A stretch of 63,694 nucleotides of DNA, the filler included, from Chrysochromulina tobinii (taxonomy: Eukaryota), in the NCBI GenBank assembly GCA_001275005.1. It is 8 parts of 8 records of this genome, joined end to end, with 100 filler letters (N's around TTAATTAATTAA, not from the genome) between each part and the next. Parts side by side here need not be neighbours in the genome. Positions count along the whole stretch, not along the records: positions 10,672 to 31,777 come from JWZX01000628.1; 7 more parts are not named here. One strand, 5' to 3'. Under the pieces are notes generated by a model. That model worked only from the letters and a program-made list of their open reading frames with translations. It searched no databases and was not told the origin of the DNA. A program made the translations under genes and the position numbers. Shown here piece by piece: positions 10,672-22,523 of the stretch (within the stretch, counting starts at the first letter, position 1; each line of letters begins with the position of its first letter).

Positions 10672-11308
10672 GCTCACGCCGCCGCCGCCGCCGCCGCCGC
10701 CGCCAGCGGCGCCAGCGGCGCCAGCGGCGCCAGCGGCGCCAGCGGTGCCAGCGGCGCCAGCGGCGCCAGCGCCAGTGCCGCCGCCGGACCCGTTGCGTGC
10801 CTTCGTCAGTCGTCTGGGGTCAGAAGAGGTGGACCGGCGTCGGCATATGGCGAAGGAGGCAGAGGATCGAGAGGCCGAAGCGGTTCGGCATGCGGCGGCG
10901 CCACGGCGTCTCTCACCGCGCTCCGAGCAGCTGGCGCGCGCGCGCCGCCGCTTCACCGCGGGAGTGCATGAGCCAATACGTCATGTATCGCCCGAGTCAC
11001 TCAAGGCCGCCGCGTCTGCACGCGGACTCGAGGAGCTCACATTTGCGCCCACGCTGGTGAGCAGCCCTGAGCTCCGTCGCGCCGCCGCTTCCAAACGGCG
11101 CGGCAATGTGCATGACGCGCTGTACTCGGTGGCCGACGAATGGCGCGCGACAAGGGAGCGTAAGCGGATCGAGAGCGCGAGGGTCGCTATGGTCGGCTGC
11201 ACGTTCGAGCCCAGCACGATCATGAAAGGCGCGGCGGCTGCGTCGCGCAGCCCCGCCGCAGGAGGAAAGAAGGGAAGGGGTGACTCTGAGAGTCGAGGTT
11301 CAGAATGA
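10672..11308 (+). CDS. 5'-truncated hypothetical protein with (C/L)TFxP motifs (cytoskeletal/ciliary-type)
   Basis: Open frame from the contig edge; EELTFAPTL, VHDALYS and GCTFEPST motifs. Confidence 0.55.
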
Positions 11309-11492
11309 GACGGTGGACAGGGCGGAGTACCTCAAGTTGGCGCCCGCGCCGCTGCCTCATCGTCGTCCAGAGGTGCCTGGGCAGTGTCTTGCATGGGTTT
11401 GCACCTTCGATCGAACGCCACCCCAATGATCCTCGTTGAACGTGTTGGTGTGAAATGAACGTGTTTCGTGTGAATACATTGGCTGTGAAAGT

Positions 11493-11705
11493 ATGGCGTC
11501 TACCTCAAGCGTGAGCTTGTCCACGGCCGAACTCAAGCGTGAGCTTCGCGAACTGGGTGCAACGTCCGCACGGCTGGCGCAGTGCATCGAACGCCCGGAC
11601 TTTGAGGCGCTTCTTCGCGAGATGTTGGCAAGCGGCGCAACCAAACAAGCCCACCGACACGCGGAGCCGACCATCACAGAGGAAGAACGTTCTGCGGCCA
11701 AGGTT

Positions 11706-11744
<39 letters not shown>

Positions 11745-13589
11745 GGCGAGCCCTGGGGTTGGCAGATGTGGGCGCTTATTGCGCTCGGTTGCTACTTCTT
11801 CTTTGGTCAACGAGGCAGTGGTGGCGTCAGCGGCGGCGATGGCCCGCATGTTGCAGCATCAGAGGCTTTCATGACAGGGCACGTTGCGGAAGTGAGCGAT
11901 CTGCCCGCTCTCAAGGCGGCACTCGCACTTCACCGCGATGGCACGGGTCTGCCCGTCGTCGTCGACTTCTATTCGCCGTACTGTGGTCCATGCCGGATGA
12001 TCGCGCCCTCGTACAAGAAGCTCGCCGAGGAGTTCAAGGGTCGCGCGGCGCTGCTTAAGGTGGATGTCAACTCGGCGTACGAGATCGGCTCGGAGTTTGG
12101 CGTGCGCGCGATGCCCACCTTCCACTTCTACCTGCACGGCAGCCTAGTCAAGAGTTTCCAAGGAGCAGACTCGCGCTCGCTACAAGTTATGACATCGGAG
12201 CTCGCGCAACGCGCCGAGCGCAGTGGCACGTACGTCGGGCGCGAGGTGAGCCTCGCTGACCTGCAGACCTTTTACGCGAAGCACGAACCCTCTAAGGTGA
12301 ACGAAGTGCCCGAGCTCCTCGCCAAGTACGTGAACATGACGGCCAAGCTCGTGCGCATCCTGACCAAAAAGTACGGCGTCGCGCCCACGACGAGCGAGGT
12401 GCAGCGCGCACAGCCTGAGCCGACGACGGCGCCGCCGGCGCGAGCGACGGCCGCCGACGGCGCGGCCGACGGCGTGGAGGGCGCGCTCGAGAGCGCCTCG
12501 GTCGAGCAGCTGCGCGCCGCACTCCGCCACCGCGAGCTGGCAGCCGTCGAAGAGGCGAGTGCCGCCGCGCTCCTGGTCCCGCCGATGACGAGTGTGCAAG
12601 AGCCGGCGAACGTCGTCGTCCTCGGATCTGGGCCCGCGGGGCTCGCCGCGGCCATCTACGCAGCTCGGGCGGGCCTGCGCCCTGTCGTCATCGCCGGCCC
12701 CATCGGCGGCGGCCAGCTCGAGGGCAAGGGCGTCGAGGTTGAGAACTTTCCGGGAGTGCTAGGGGCGAGCGGACCATCCCTAGTTGGACTCATGAAGCTG
12801 CAGGCGGCTGGCTTCAGCGCAACGCTCGTGCACGACGCGGCGGTGGGCCTCGAGGCACCTGCCGCAGCCGGCGGCCCGTTCACGGTACGCCTCAACGGAA
12901 CTGATGCGCCGCTGCACGCACGCGCGCTCATTGTGGCGCTTGGTGCGGCGTCAAGGTGGCTAGGGGTATCGGGGGAACAGGAGTATCGGGGCGGCGGCGT
13001 CTCTAGCTGCGCCACGTGTGACGGGTTCCTCTACCGCGATCAGCCGGTCCTTGTCGTGGGCGGCGGTGACAGCGCAATGGAGGAGGCGCTCGTCCTCGCG
13101 CGCACCTCTTCCCACGTGACGCTCGTCCACCGGCGCGACAAGCTGCGCGCGAGTCGCATACTCGCCGATCGTGTGCTTGCGCATCCAAAGATCCACGTGC
13201 GCCTCCAATGCGGCGTGGTGCGCTTCGAGGGGGACAGCAGCGGGCGACTCACACACGCGTGGCTCGCGACCGCCGACGCCGAGGGCATCGTCGATACGGC
13301 CGACGCCTCTTCCACGCGCCTCGCCGTCTCGGCCGCGTTCGTCGCCATCGGCCATCGGCCGAACACTGCCTTGCTCGATGGCGTCGTGGCCCTCCGATCG
13401 GACGGATACATCGATATGCAGTGGAGCGAGCGCAGCAGCCGTACATCGCACCCAGGTATCTTCGCCGCAGGCGATGTGGCGGACCCGAGTTATAGACAGG
13501 CGATCACTTCGGCGGGGAGCGGGGCCATGGCCGCGCTCGACGCGGAGCGATGGCTGAGCGAGCAAGGCCAAGGGGTCGGGACCAAGTGA
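11493..13589 (+). CDS. Membrane-anchored thioredoxin - thioredoxin reductase (low-MW NTR type) fusion
   Basis: Hydrophobic WQMWALIALGCYFFF; Trx VVDFYSPYCGPC and VRAMPTF; reductase GSGPAG, SCATCDG, VVGGGDSAMEEA, HRR, GIFAAGDV, YRQAITSAG. Confidence 0.92.
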
Positions 13590-13939
13590 AGTGGATTCGC
13601 TTGACATGCTCTGGACCTCTACTTGCCTCTACTTGGACCGCTGTGGACCGCGTGAATGAGTCGCAACACTCCTCGGCACTAGGCGGTGAACGCGAACACG
13701 TTGTAGCTCGTGTACCGCGAAACGTGTTAGTCGCGAGTGTCCCTGGGTGGCGTGGTCGGGGCGGTTCTTCACGCCTCCGCTATGTACCGTACGTGGCGCG
13801 AAAAGGCCCAAAAGGACGCGATTTTGCAGTAAAATAGCTCGATCGCTCGCCGAGCACACATCGCATTCGAGCATCCGCTCGAAGGCTTCAATCTTGGCAC
13901 ATCGGACGGCATCTGAGTCACATGCTGAGTCACATTTCC

Positions 13940-15781
13940 TCATGAGTCAACATCACCCGGAGAGGCTCGACCGCGCACGATCTCAAGGAACTCGGACCGA
14001 TCTATCACGTGGTCGCCGTCCTTGTCGTACTCTTGCACGAGCGCCTGCATCTCCTCGCCCACTATAGCGATGCCAAGCTGATTCATCGCCGTGCGCAGCT
14101 CACGCACTTCGATGGTGCCGCTCTTGTCCAGGTCGTTAACGCCAAAGACCCAATCGATTCGACGGTCGATAAGGTCCGGCCTGATCGTCTGCTCAAGGCG
14201 CCTCCGCGCGAAAGCGACGAGCTTGCGCCGTGCGTCGCCGCCTGCGCGGAAGTCGCGCAGCATCTGCACCACCTTAGGCGCCGTCGCGAGGTCCTCCGCG
14301 CGCCAATCGGAGGCGGCGCCCGCGTGTGCCGTTGAGGCCTCCAAGAGCTCTGCCGCCTTGTCAGTCTGTAACAGGTACAGGATCGCCTCCACACGCCCAT
14401 CGCACGCAGCGTGATGGAGCGCCGTGTACCCGCGCTCGTCCGTGTGCAGAAGGTCAGCGCCCTGGGCATGATGCAGCGTGTGCATGGCAGCCATGTTGTT
14501 GGCCGCGGCCGCTTTGAGCAGCAGCTCGCCGCGCGCCCGCTGCCAATGCGAGAGCGCAGTGCCCACAAAAACCTTCACCTCGTCCGAAACGCGGCCGCCG
14601 CCATCTTTAAGAGCCAGCTGCGCGTCGATCGCCGGGTTCGCCCCTAAACTCACGAGGACCTCGCAGGTGCGCAGGTGCGAGTGTGATGCAGCGAGGCGAA
14701 GCGGCGTCCGTCCCTTGGCGTCTAGCCCGTCTATGGACAGCAGCGCTCGGCACTCGGTCGCGAGCCAGTGCACCACGGCGGGCGCGCCGCATGCGGCCGC
14801 ATGGTGCAGCAGCGGACGCCCATTCAAACTCTCGTCCAGCGGCGCGCCGAGCGCCAGCAAAGCCTTGACCATCGAAAGGTTATCGGCGCCAGCTGCGAGG
14901 AAGAGGGCTGTCCATCCATGACGAGAGTGTGCATTGAGGTCTTGGCGGCCGCCGCTCGGTGAGGGGTCCAAGAGGACCTCTACAAGGTCTGCGCACGGCG
15001 CGAGCGCTGCCAAGTGCAGCAATCGCCGCCCGTCGTCGCACGCGGCGTGCGGGTCAGCGGCCGCGGCGAGCAACGATCGCACGAGCGTGCCGTGCGCCCC
15101 CATCACCGCCAGCTGCAGCGGTGTGTGCGGTGCAGCCGTGGTGCCTTCGAGAGGCGCGCCGGCCTGGAGGAGTAGCTCGCACAGCTGCACCTGGCCACGA
15201 TGCGCAGCCCAATGCAGCGCAGAAAAGTGCTGCTCGTCTCGGTAAGCAGGCGACGCGTGCGCCCGCAGCAGATGTGCGGTGATCGTGCACGCCGACGGCT
15301 CATGTTTGGCGAACCTCGCTGTCTCGACGAGCGCGCGTCGCAGCGTGTCACGCGCGAGCTTCGCACGCAGCGCGGCCATTGCCTGGCGCTTCCACACACC
15401 CAGCACGCACACCGATTCGGGTGCGACCGCCTCCTGCAGCAACCGATCGCCGAGTGGCTTGTTGTCGACGAGCACGACGCGGTCTCCGACGGCAACCGTG
15501 GGCACCTCGTCTGCGCGGCGGATGGCGTTTATCACGTGAGTCTTCTCGTTCAGTTCGAAGGCGAAGCCGTCATCCTCGGTGTCGGCGGCAGCACGAATGA
15601 TGGAGACGCTCGCCAGCTCAAAAGTAGGGCCTGCCTGCTCGTGCCACTGCAGCGGCACCTTTTTCAGCAAAAAGTCGATTAGCGACGCGACCTTTTCGGG
15701 ATCCGAGCATCGCACTGCGTGCCGCATTGCACGCGCCGGATCTGAAGGGCGGCGAGCCGGAAGCGGCTCGTCAGGACGCAT
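13940..15781 (-). CDS. Ankyrin-repeat protein with PDZ-like N-terminal segment and two C-terminal EF-hands
   Basis: SALHWAA, TPLQLAV, GWTALFLAA, GRTPLRLAA, GYTALHHAA; EF loops DLDKSGTIEVRE and DKDGDHVIDRSE. Confidence 0.9.
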   Translation of the reverse strand: MRPDEPLPARRPSDPARAMRHAVRCSDPEKVASLIDFLLKKVPLQWHEQAGPTFELASVSIIRAAADTEDDGFAFELNEKTHVINAIRRADEVPTVAVGDRVVLVDNKPLGDRLLQEAVAPESVCVLGVWKRQAMAALRAKLARDTLRRALVETARFAKHEPSACTITAHLLRAHASPAYRDEQHFSALHWAAHRGQVQLCELLLQAGAPLEGTTAAPHTPLQLAVMGAHGTLVRSLLAAAADPHAACDDGRRLLHLAALAPCADLVEVLLDPSPSGGRQDLNAHSRHGWTALFLAAGADNLSMVKALLALGAPLDESLNGRPLLHHAAACGAPAVVHWLATECRALLSIDGLDAKGRTPLRLAASHSHLRTCEVLVSLGANPAIDAQLALKDGGGRVSDEVKVFVGTALSHWQRARGELLLKAAAANNMAAMHTLHHAQGADLLHTDERGYTALHHAACDGRVEAILYLLQTDKAAELLEASTAHAGAASDWRAEDLATAPKVVQMLRDFRAGGDARRKLVAFARRRLEQTIRPDLIDRRIDWVFGVNDLDKSGTIEVRELRTAMNQLGIAIVGEEMQALVQEYDKDGDHVIDRSEFLEIVRGRASPGDVDS

Positions 15782-15949
15782 CGGGATTGCACTTGGCCGG
15801 CCGTTGAGGGGTTACATGTACATAATCATGTTTGAATACGACTTCCGCGTTTCACAAAGTGCGCGGCGGACTCCATGAATGTCTTGACAAAAACTTTGAC
15901 GAATTCGTGCGGAAATCGAAGTTTGGTTTGAATTTTACCGGCTTTTGAC

Positions 15950-17563
15950 ATGTTGCCCACTACGGTCTCTAAGACGCCCGTGGTCTCGGCCGCCGAGTCT
16001 TCGGCGGGCGCGCAATTCCGCGAGCTGCGATCTCTCGGCCGCGGCGCGCAGGGTGAGGTGGTCCTTGTCGAGCACGTGGGCACGGGCGAGCGCTACGCCC
16101 TGAAGCGCCTCGAGCTCTCTCCGTGCACCTCGTCTGCGTCCTCTGCGGTGACAGAGGTCGAGGTACTCTGCAAGCTGCAGCACCCCAACTGCACTCGGCT
16201 TTACGGCGCGTGGCGTGCGAGCAGCCGCCTGCACATACTGATGGAGTATGCCGACGGCGGCTCGCTCGCCGACCGGGTAGCTGCGCAGCGCTCGAGTGGC
16301 GGTTGCCCCTTTGATGAGGAGCGAATTCTGGACTGGACAGTGCAGATCGTGAGCGCGCTCGCATACATGCACTCGCGGTCGGTGCTGCACCGCGATCTCA
16401 AGACGGGCAACATCTTCCTCACCGCACGCAACCTCGTCAAGGTCGGCGACTTCGGAATCTCCAAGGTTCTCGAGGGTGAGGGCACAGCGCGTCTCGCGAA
16501 GACGGCGGTCGGCACACCGTACTATCTCGCGCCGGAGCTCGTGAACGGCGAGCATTACGGGCTGCAGGTCGACGTGTGGGCACTCGGCGTCGTGCTCTAC
16601 GAGCTCATGACGCTCCGACGCCCCTTCGAAGCGGACAACCTGCCTGCGCTCGCGCTGCGCATCCTCAAGGTCCAATACCCACCGCCAGCGCCCTCGCTGC
16701 CGTACTCGGCCGAGCTGCGCGCGCTACTCGCGTCGCTGCTCCAGCGCGACCCCGCGCGCCGGCCGACGCTCGCACAGCTCGCTGCCGCGCCTCTCTTGCG
16801 TCGGCAGCACGCCAAGCTGCATGCTGAACTGCGCACGCTCTCACTCGCAGCGGCACCGCTGCCGCCGCCGCCGCCGCCGCCCGCGGCGCGCGCACCCGCC
16901 GCTTCGCCCAACGGGACTACGGGCGCGACTGTCGGCGCGACTGTCGGCGCGACCGCCGCTGAAGGGCGGGCGGTTGCATGCGCGATGCGCATGCAACGCA
17001 TGCTTGATGAGATGCTCGCGGCGACCGAGCCGCTACCCGCGCCGCCGCCGGCCGGCGGAAGGGGAGACGCCGAGGCGGCCGCGGCCGGGGATGCGACGGC
17101 AATGTTGGGGACAACATCCGCAGGCGTCTGGCGCGATGAGGCGCTTGGCGCGGAGGCGGCGCCTGCCGCTTCCGATGCCGCTGCGTCGTCGCCAGGCGGG
17201 TCCCTCGCAGAGCACCTGCGCTTCTCACGCAACCTGCAGGCCCTCGAGCTCAACCTGGCGGCGATGGAGGTGGCCGGCGAGGAGCTGCCCGTGCGGCGCG
17301 ACGAGCAGCACCACCCCCTGAACTCGCCCTCACTCGCCTTCTCGCCCGCTGCCGGGCTGCCACCGTCGCCGGCGGCCGCGCCCTTCTCGCCGCTCGCCGA
17401 AGCCGACCGCAATAGGCCACCATCGAGTGGCCGCGGCCTGAAAACGCCGCCCCTCACGTCGCCGCCCACTGCGGTGGGCGGGACCGCCGCCGGAGCCGCC
17501 GCGGGGCTCTCGCCTAGCGTATCGATGCGCGCAGCGCGGTTGCTGCGGTCGAAATTTGAGTAA
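15950..17563 (+). CDS. NEK: NIMA-related (NEK) Ser/Thr protein kinase
   Basis: GRGAQG, YALK, MEYADGG, HRDLKTGNIFL, DFG, VGTPYYLAPE, DVWALG. Confidence 0.93.
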   Translation: MLPTTVSKTPVVSAAESSAGAQFRELRSLGRGAQGEVVLVEHVGTGERYALKRLELSPCTSSASSAVTEVEVLCKLQHPNCTRLYGAWRASSRLHILMEYADGGSLADRVAAQRSSGGCPFDEERILDWTVQIVSALAYMHSRSVLHRDLKTGNIFLTARNLVKVGDFGISKVLEGEGTARLAKTAVGTPYYLAPELVNGEHYGLQVDVWALGVVLYELMTLRRPFEADNLPALALRILKVQYPPPAPSLPYSAELRALLASLLQRDPARRPTLAQLAAAPLLRRQHAKLHAELRTLSLAAAPLPPPPPPPAARAPAASPNGTTGATVGATVGATAAEGRAVACAMRMQRMLDEMLAATEPLPAPPPAGGRGDAEAAAAGDATAMLGTTSAGVWRDEALGAEAAPAASDAAASSPGGSLAEHLRFSRNLQALELNLAAMEVAGEELPVRRDEQHHPLNSPSLAFSPAAGLPPSPAAAPFSPLAEADRNRPPSSGRGLKTPPLTSPPTAVGGTAAGAAAGLSPSVSMRAARLLRSKFE

Positions 17564-17979
17564 CGATGTGAGTCACTCCTTTTCCCGAACCTTTACGGCG
17601 TGGCTAAGTATCGACACTCAGTGGCTACAGCCGGTGGCCCGGTGCAGGTCTCAAAAGAGGCGAAAAGACAGACTGTAATAACGTTTGAGTATAAAAATGA
17701 CCATGTAGCGCATGAGTCCGCTGCACCTGCAGTCTCCTCGATGTGGAAGCAGAAAGGAACGTGGTGAGCGCGGGTGTGTGTCCGCGAAATACAATGCAAC
17801 TGGTAAGAAAAGCGAGCGGCAGCGGTTACGCGTGAACACGTTCCCGCTCTCCTCGACGGTTTCAAAAGACAAAACGACCGGGAAAAGACATCCACGACGG
17901 TTGCATTTCTCAAACGGCAGAAGCAACTCTGCCCCAACGCCAGCATCTGCCGGTGGTTCCCATCCACGCGCGCGAGTCA

Positions 17980-19822
17980 ATGGCCCAGCACGCCTACAGC
18001 CCCGCGGCGTACGCCATCGAGACCAACTACTCGGTCACACCCTTCGCATACATGCCCACGACCACCGCCGTACAAGTTGGCGCGGCCGAGGGCCTCAACG
18101 CCGCGCACGCCGCCATCGCTGAGGCTGCTGGCCAGTCCCAGGAAGGCCCCCTGCCAGGGCACGTGCTCGCGATCGCGGTGCCCGGCTCGAAGAACGACAG
18201 CACTCCGCCCTCTGGCGAGCCCTCACCCTCGAGCGAGAACCTCTCCGGCGATAACGATGACGACGATGGCCACCAGGGCGCGTGGAAGAAGCACGTCTGG
18301 ACAACTGCTGAGGACTGGAAGCTGCGCGAGCTGATTGCCGAGTGCGGCTCGAAGGTGCGCTGGTCGATGATTGGCGACAAGATGGAAGGCCGCTCCGGCA
18401 AGCAGTGCCGCGAGCGCTGGCACAACCACCTCTCCCCTGAGGTGCGCAAGCACAAGTGGACGCACGACGAGGACCGCGCCATCATCGAGGCCGTGCAGCT
18501 CTACGGCACGCGCTGGTCCGAGATCGTCAAGATGTTTCCGGGGCGCACGGACAACGCAATCAAGAACCGTTGGAACTCGATGCAGCGCAAGGAGGAGCGC
18601 CGCCAGAAGCGCCTCACAGAATCGAGCGTCTTCCAAGCTCAGCAGGCGGCACACGCCTTCGCCGTCGATGGCGGCTACTTCGACCCGGCGGCCGCGGCAG
18701 CGGCGGGCGGCCCGGCGGCGGCGGCGGAGGCCAGTGAGGCGCCGCAGTACTACTACACCCCCGAATCGGCCATGAACGCGTATCCTGCGCAGCGCCGCCG
18801 CCTCGTCCAGCTCACTGACTACCAGCCTGCGGCTGCTCTCCTTGCGGCCGGGCAGCAGCAGCCGATCGCCAGCGTGGACGTCGACGTCGACGCCGTCAGT
18901 GCGCCCGCGCTCGCGCTGCCGCCGCCACCCACGACCACCGTGCCCGTCGCGTCGGCCGTCGTCGCTCCGCAAAGCGCGCCCTTTCACTCAGCTCTCGCGC
19001 AGCAATTGCGCTCGATTGCGCCCCTTGGGCCGGATCAGGTGCCCCTTCCCAACCTCCAAAAGGGCGGGAAGCGTAAGCGGGCGGTGCAGGCGCGCGCAGA
19101 CCTTGACGCGGCCTCGCTCGTGCTCGGGCTTAATGGCGATACCCCATCCATGTCTGCCAGCGCCACGCCCGCGTCCGCATCGCACTACCATGCCCATGTG
19201 GTGGCACTCGCTTACCCACAGAGTGACGAGGCGCAGCTGCACGTGCCGCACGCCGAGACGCCGCAGCCGCCCCCCGTGTCGGCCGGCGCTCCCGGCGGTC
19301 TCCGCCGCTGCCTACGCGGCCGTCGCCGACGCAGCCGCCGCTGCTTCCGCCGCGCAGGCTGCCGCCTACTCGGCAACGCGAGTGCCAGCAGTGAACGTAA
19401 AGTCGATCAATCAGGCCGCTTGGTCTAACTCGGGCCCTGTGACAGCGATGCTGGTGCGGCCGGTGCGGCCCGCGGGCATGAACGGCTTTGCCGCCGCCGC
19501 GGCGCAGCTGCAGGGACAGGCCCCGATCACCGCGATCGCCGCTGTGCCGCCGCCGCCGCCCTCGCCGACCCGCGCTTCATGGGGGATGGCGCGTGCGGCC
19601 AAGCTCCTCCCCATCCAGACGCACTCCGAGATGCACTCCGGTCTGCTGGGCAAGGAGAATGCCGACTCGCCGCGCGCCGCCGAGTCGCCGCGGCACAAAT
19701 CGGCCCCCGCGCTCGCACTCTCAGGCAACTCGCCCTGCCGGCAAAAGGCGCTCGGCGGTCGGCAGACGACCGACTTCGAAGCGGCGCTCGCCATGCAGGC
19801 GCTCTTTGGCGGCGCCCCGTAA
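17980..19822 (+). CDS. MYB: R2R3-type MYB transcription factor with an apparent 1-nt frameshift near 19270-19293
   Basis: WTTAED...GRSGKQCRERWHNHL and WTHDED...PGRTDNAIKNRWNS. The Ala/Pro-rich C-terminus continues in the 18842-19822 frame after about 19293. Confidence 0.88.
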
Positions 19823-20414
19823 GGTGGCGCGTGCATGCGCACAGCTCACGACGAGAGGCGAGCGCACAGGCGGCCTGGGCGAGCCTCGGCACATTCTTCC
19901 GTCGGCCCAAAGGCTCTGGAAGGTTCCATATGGGGACATGAGCTCAAGGGGATGATGGTGGGTTCATGCTCACGGATGGCGGCAGGCGTGCTCTGCAAAG
20001 CGACAGTGACCTTGTCCTCGGAGCGGCGGTCGGCGGAAGACACAACGGGCGTGTTCTGAGCAACGATGAGGATGTTGCTGTGTCCAATAGATTATGGGAG
20101 AGGCCAGGCATACGCATGGGCATACGGCAGCTCGGCGGGTCGGAGCGAGGTGTTAGCAGAGCGCGGTGTTCAGGACAATTGGTTCAGGGCCTGCCGGCCA
20201 CCAGCCTCGCGGTGTGTCGCGGACCTGAACGGCTCGACGGTCCGATTTCCATTTGTGTGGTGCCGACGACGTTTGATTCACGGCGGGTGTCGAGGCCGGT
20301 GAACCGGTGGGGCGTGTGCGCACTGCGGGGGCGCGCGTCGCGCGAGTGACGCGCGGGTGCGTCGGGACTCGAATAGAGTATAACCGAGTTTTTAATTTAA
20401 AATCAATCGAGCGG

Positions 20415-22523
20415 TCAATGCAAAAGTGGGTCACTATAGCATTCGACAGACGGCACCCACCCGTCCTCGGTGGCGCCTTTGATGCCACCCGGCCGCTTGC
20501 TCATGAGCCGGAGGACCTCGGTGCGAACCTGCACCACCGGGCTCCAATTTGCGCGCCACTCCTTCTTAGCAGCATAGTGAGCGATGGTGCGACTGTCTCC
20601 ATATTGCTTGTGCGAGGCAAGGAGCAGAGCTTGCGTAGACGACGGCGGCACGAATGCGGCCACGGACTCGTCGTCTTCGTCGTCTACTGCCGTCTTCGTC
20701 GACTCCTGCTCGATGATCTCATTCGCCCAGTTCAGGTTGTTCTGCCTCTGGAGCTCGACCTGGTTCAGCTTGGCCGCTGCCGAAGCTTTCCATCCTAACA
20801 GGCCATCCTGCCCCTGGAGTCCCATTAGCCGGCTGATAATGCGCACCCATTTGATCGCGTATCTGAGCGCCGGCTCGCGGGCGATCGGCAGCTCGCGAAA
20901 TGGGATGTATTCGTCGTCATCGAGCTTGATGCCACCAGCCTTTTGGCTGCGCAATTCTTGGGTTGTGAATTGTGAGGCGACGGTCCGGGTCAGCACCTTG
21001 AAGCCTGGGCACAGCAGCTGGAATTGCGGCAGGTTGGACGCATGCAGCGTCAGGGCCAGCGTCGGGGCCAACACATCTGCATCACCAGCACGGCTATTAT
21101 TCTTGGCCCACTGAATTGTCTCGCCCAGCCATGGGTATGTCGAGAGGCCCGTGTACTCTGCGAGAAACGTCCGCGGGGCGTGGCGCTTCTTGAGCCGCCA
21201 GACCTGCACCTTGCCCCAAAGGATGATGTACAACTGATCGGCCGCCTCACCCTGTTCGAAGATTTGTACGCCAGCGTCGAAAAAGCGCACACCAAACAGT
21301 GGCGCAAGTAGACGGATCGTGAGCGGTGGCAACGTTGAGAAGAAATTGACGCGGCAGAGCGTCGTTTCGACAAAGGCGGCCACGAGTCCGTGGCGAAAGA
21401 TCTCGCCCGCTTTGTAAAAGTTTGTCCTTCCAAGTTTTTGATCGAGGCCCTCGAGGCTCAGCACGAGGAGCTCAGTCGGCTCCTCTGTCACGACGTCGCG
21501 CTCGCGCGGCACAGTTGGCGCAAGTGCGCTTAGGATGCCAAAGTTAGCGCAGGGTCCGATCGTCTCCTCGCCGACGCCTTTCGACAGCATCGCTGTGTCG
21601 CGCTTCTCAGGCTCGAGGGCCTGGTTAAAGAATTGGCGCTCGATGCGCGACGGAAAGACACGAAGTCGGCCACGCAGCACGACGTATACCATGTTGCCTG
21701 GCAGGCCCTCGGTCATGACATGGGAATACTTGGGAAACAGCTTCCGACTGCCGATGCGCAGCAGCCTCGCGACGTCCTCCCTCCTCAGGTCGGTGCATGG
21801 CTGCGACCGCGAAAGCACTTCGATGGCTTCGTCCTGGCTCAGAGGCGAGAGAAGCATGTCGTTGGGCACGGCCGTGGGAGCGGGGCTTAGCGGCACTCGT
21901 TTCGCTGGGATGTCCCATATCTGGCGAAGCACATTCTGGTGGAGGCCCGATTCCTCGGTCGTCTCTTCTCCTGATCGCCCGTTCGCGCTCTTTGGCTGCT
22001 TCTGCGTCGCGAGATACACGAGGAGGCGCTCTTCTGCACGGGCAAGTGTCCGCGGAGAGACGATCGCATCGTCAGCCTCCGAGTTACGACCCTCACGGCC
22101 GAACTTTCGAGCATAAGTATTCTCGACCGTCGATGCGGGCCTGCGCCCTGACCGAAGGCTCGGGGTGGATGGTGCTAGAGATGGGTGGATGCCAAGAAGT
22201 GGGGTGGATGCAGTGCCACCGCCTGAAGACGCAAGTGGTTGCAGCGAGCCACCGCGAAGTAGAGCCGTGCGCTGGCTGCTGCTGTGTGCGCTGGCAGAGT
22301 GAGCTCGGTCCCATTCGGAGCCTCTCGTTCCTACTGGAACTGCTGCCAGCAGCGATCTCATGTACGTTCGCTGATCTCGGTCAATCTTCGCGCCTGCGAG
22401 CGCATCGACGCTCTGAACATGCATAGGGCCCGGCAAGTAGTCCTGCACCGCGGTGAGACGCTTTCGAGAGTGCGTGCCCAGGATGGTCGACCCTGTCAAA
22501 GGCAGCGGAATCGGCGACGACAT
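20415..22523 (-). CDS. Protein with two cyclic-nucleotide-binding (cNMP/CAP-ED) domains
   Basis: VMTEGLPGNMVYVVLRG...FGILSAL...PRERDV and IFEQGEAADQLYIILWG...LGE...RAGDA. Start ATG 22523 is assumed. Confidence 0.85.
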   Translation of the reverse strand: MSSPIPLPLTGSTILGTHSRKRLTAVQDYLPGPMHVQSVDALAGAKIDRDQRTYMRSLLAAVPVGTRGSEWDRAHSASAHSSSQRTALLRGGSLQPLASSGGGTASTPLLGIHPSLAPSTPSLRSGRRPASTVENTYARKFGREGRNSEADDAIVSPRTLARAEERLLVYLATQKQPKSANGRSGEETTEESGLHQNVLRQIWDIPAKRVPLSPAPTAVPNDMLLSPLSQDEAIEVLSRSQPCTDLRREDVARLLRIGSRKLFPKYSHVMTEGLPGNMVYVVLRGRLRVFPSRIERQFFNQALEPEKRDTAMLSKGVGEETIGPCANFGILSALAPTVPRERDVVTEEPTELLVLSLEGLDQKLGRTNFYKAGEIFRHGLVAAFVETTLCRVNFFSTLPPLTIRLLAPLFGVRFFDAGVQIFEQGEAADQLYIILWGKVQVWRLKKRHAPRTFLAEYTGLSTYPWLGETIQWAKNNSRAGDADVLAPTLALTLHASNLPQFQLLCPGFKVLTRTVASQFTTQELRSQKAGGIKLDDDEYIPFRELPIAREPALRYAIKWVRIISRLMGLQGQDGLLGWKASAAAKLNQVELQRQNNLNWANEIIEQESTKTAVDDEDDESVAAFVPPSSTQALLLASHKQYGDSRTIAHYAAKKEWRANWSPVVQVRTEVLRLMSKRPGGIKGATEDGWVPSVECYSDPLLH

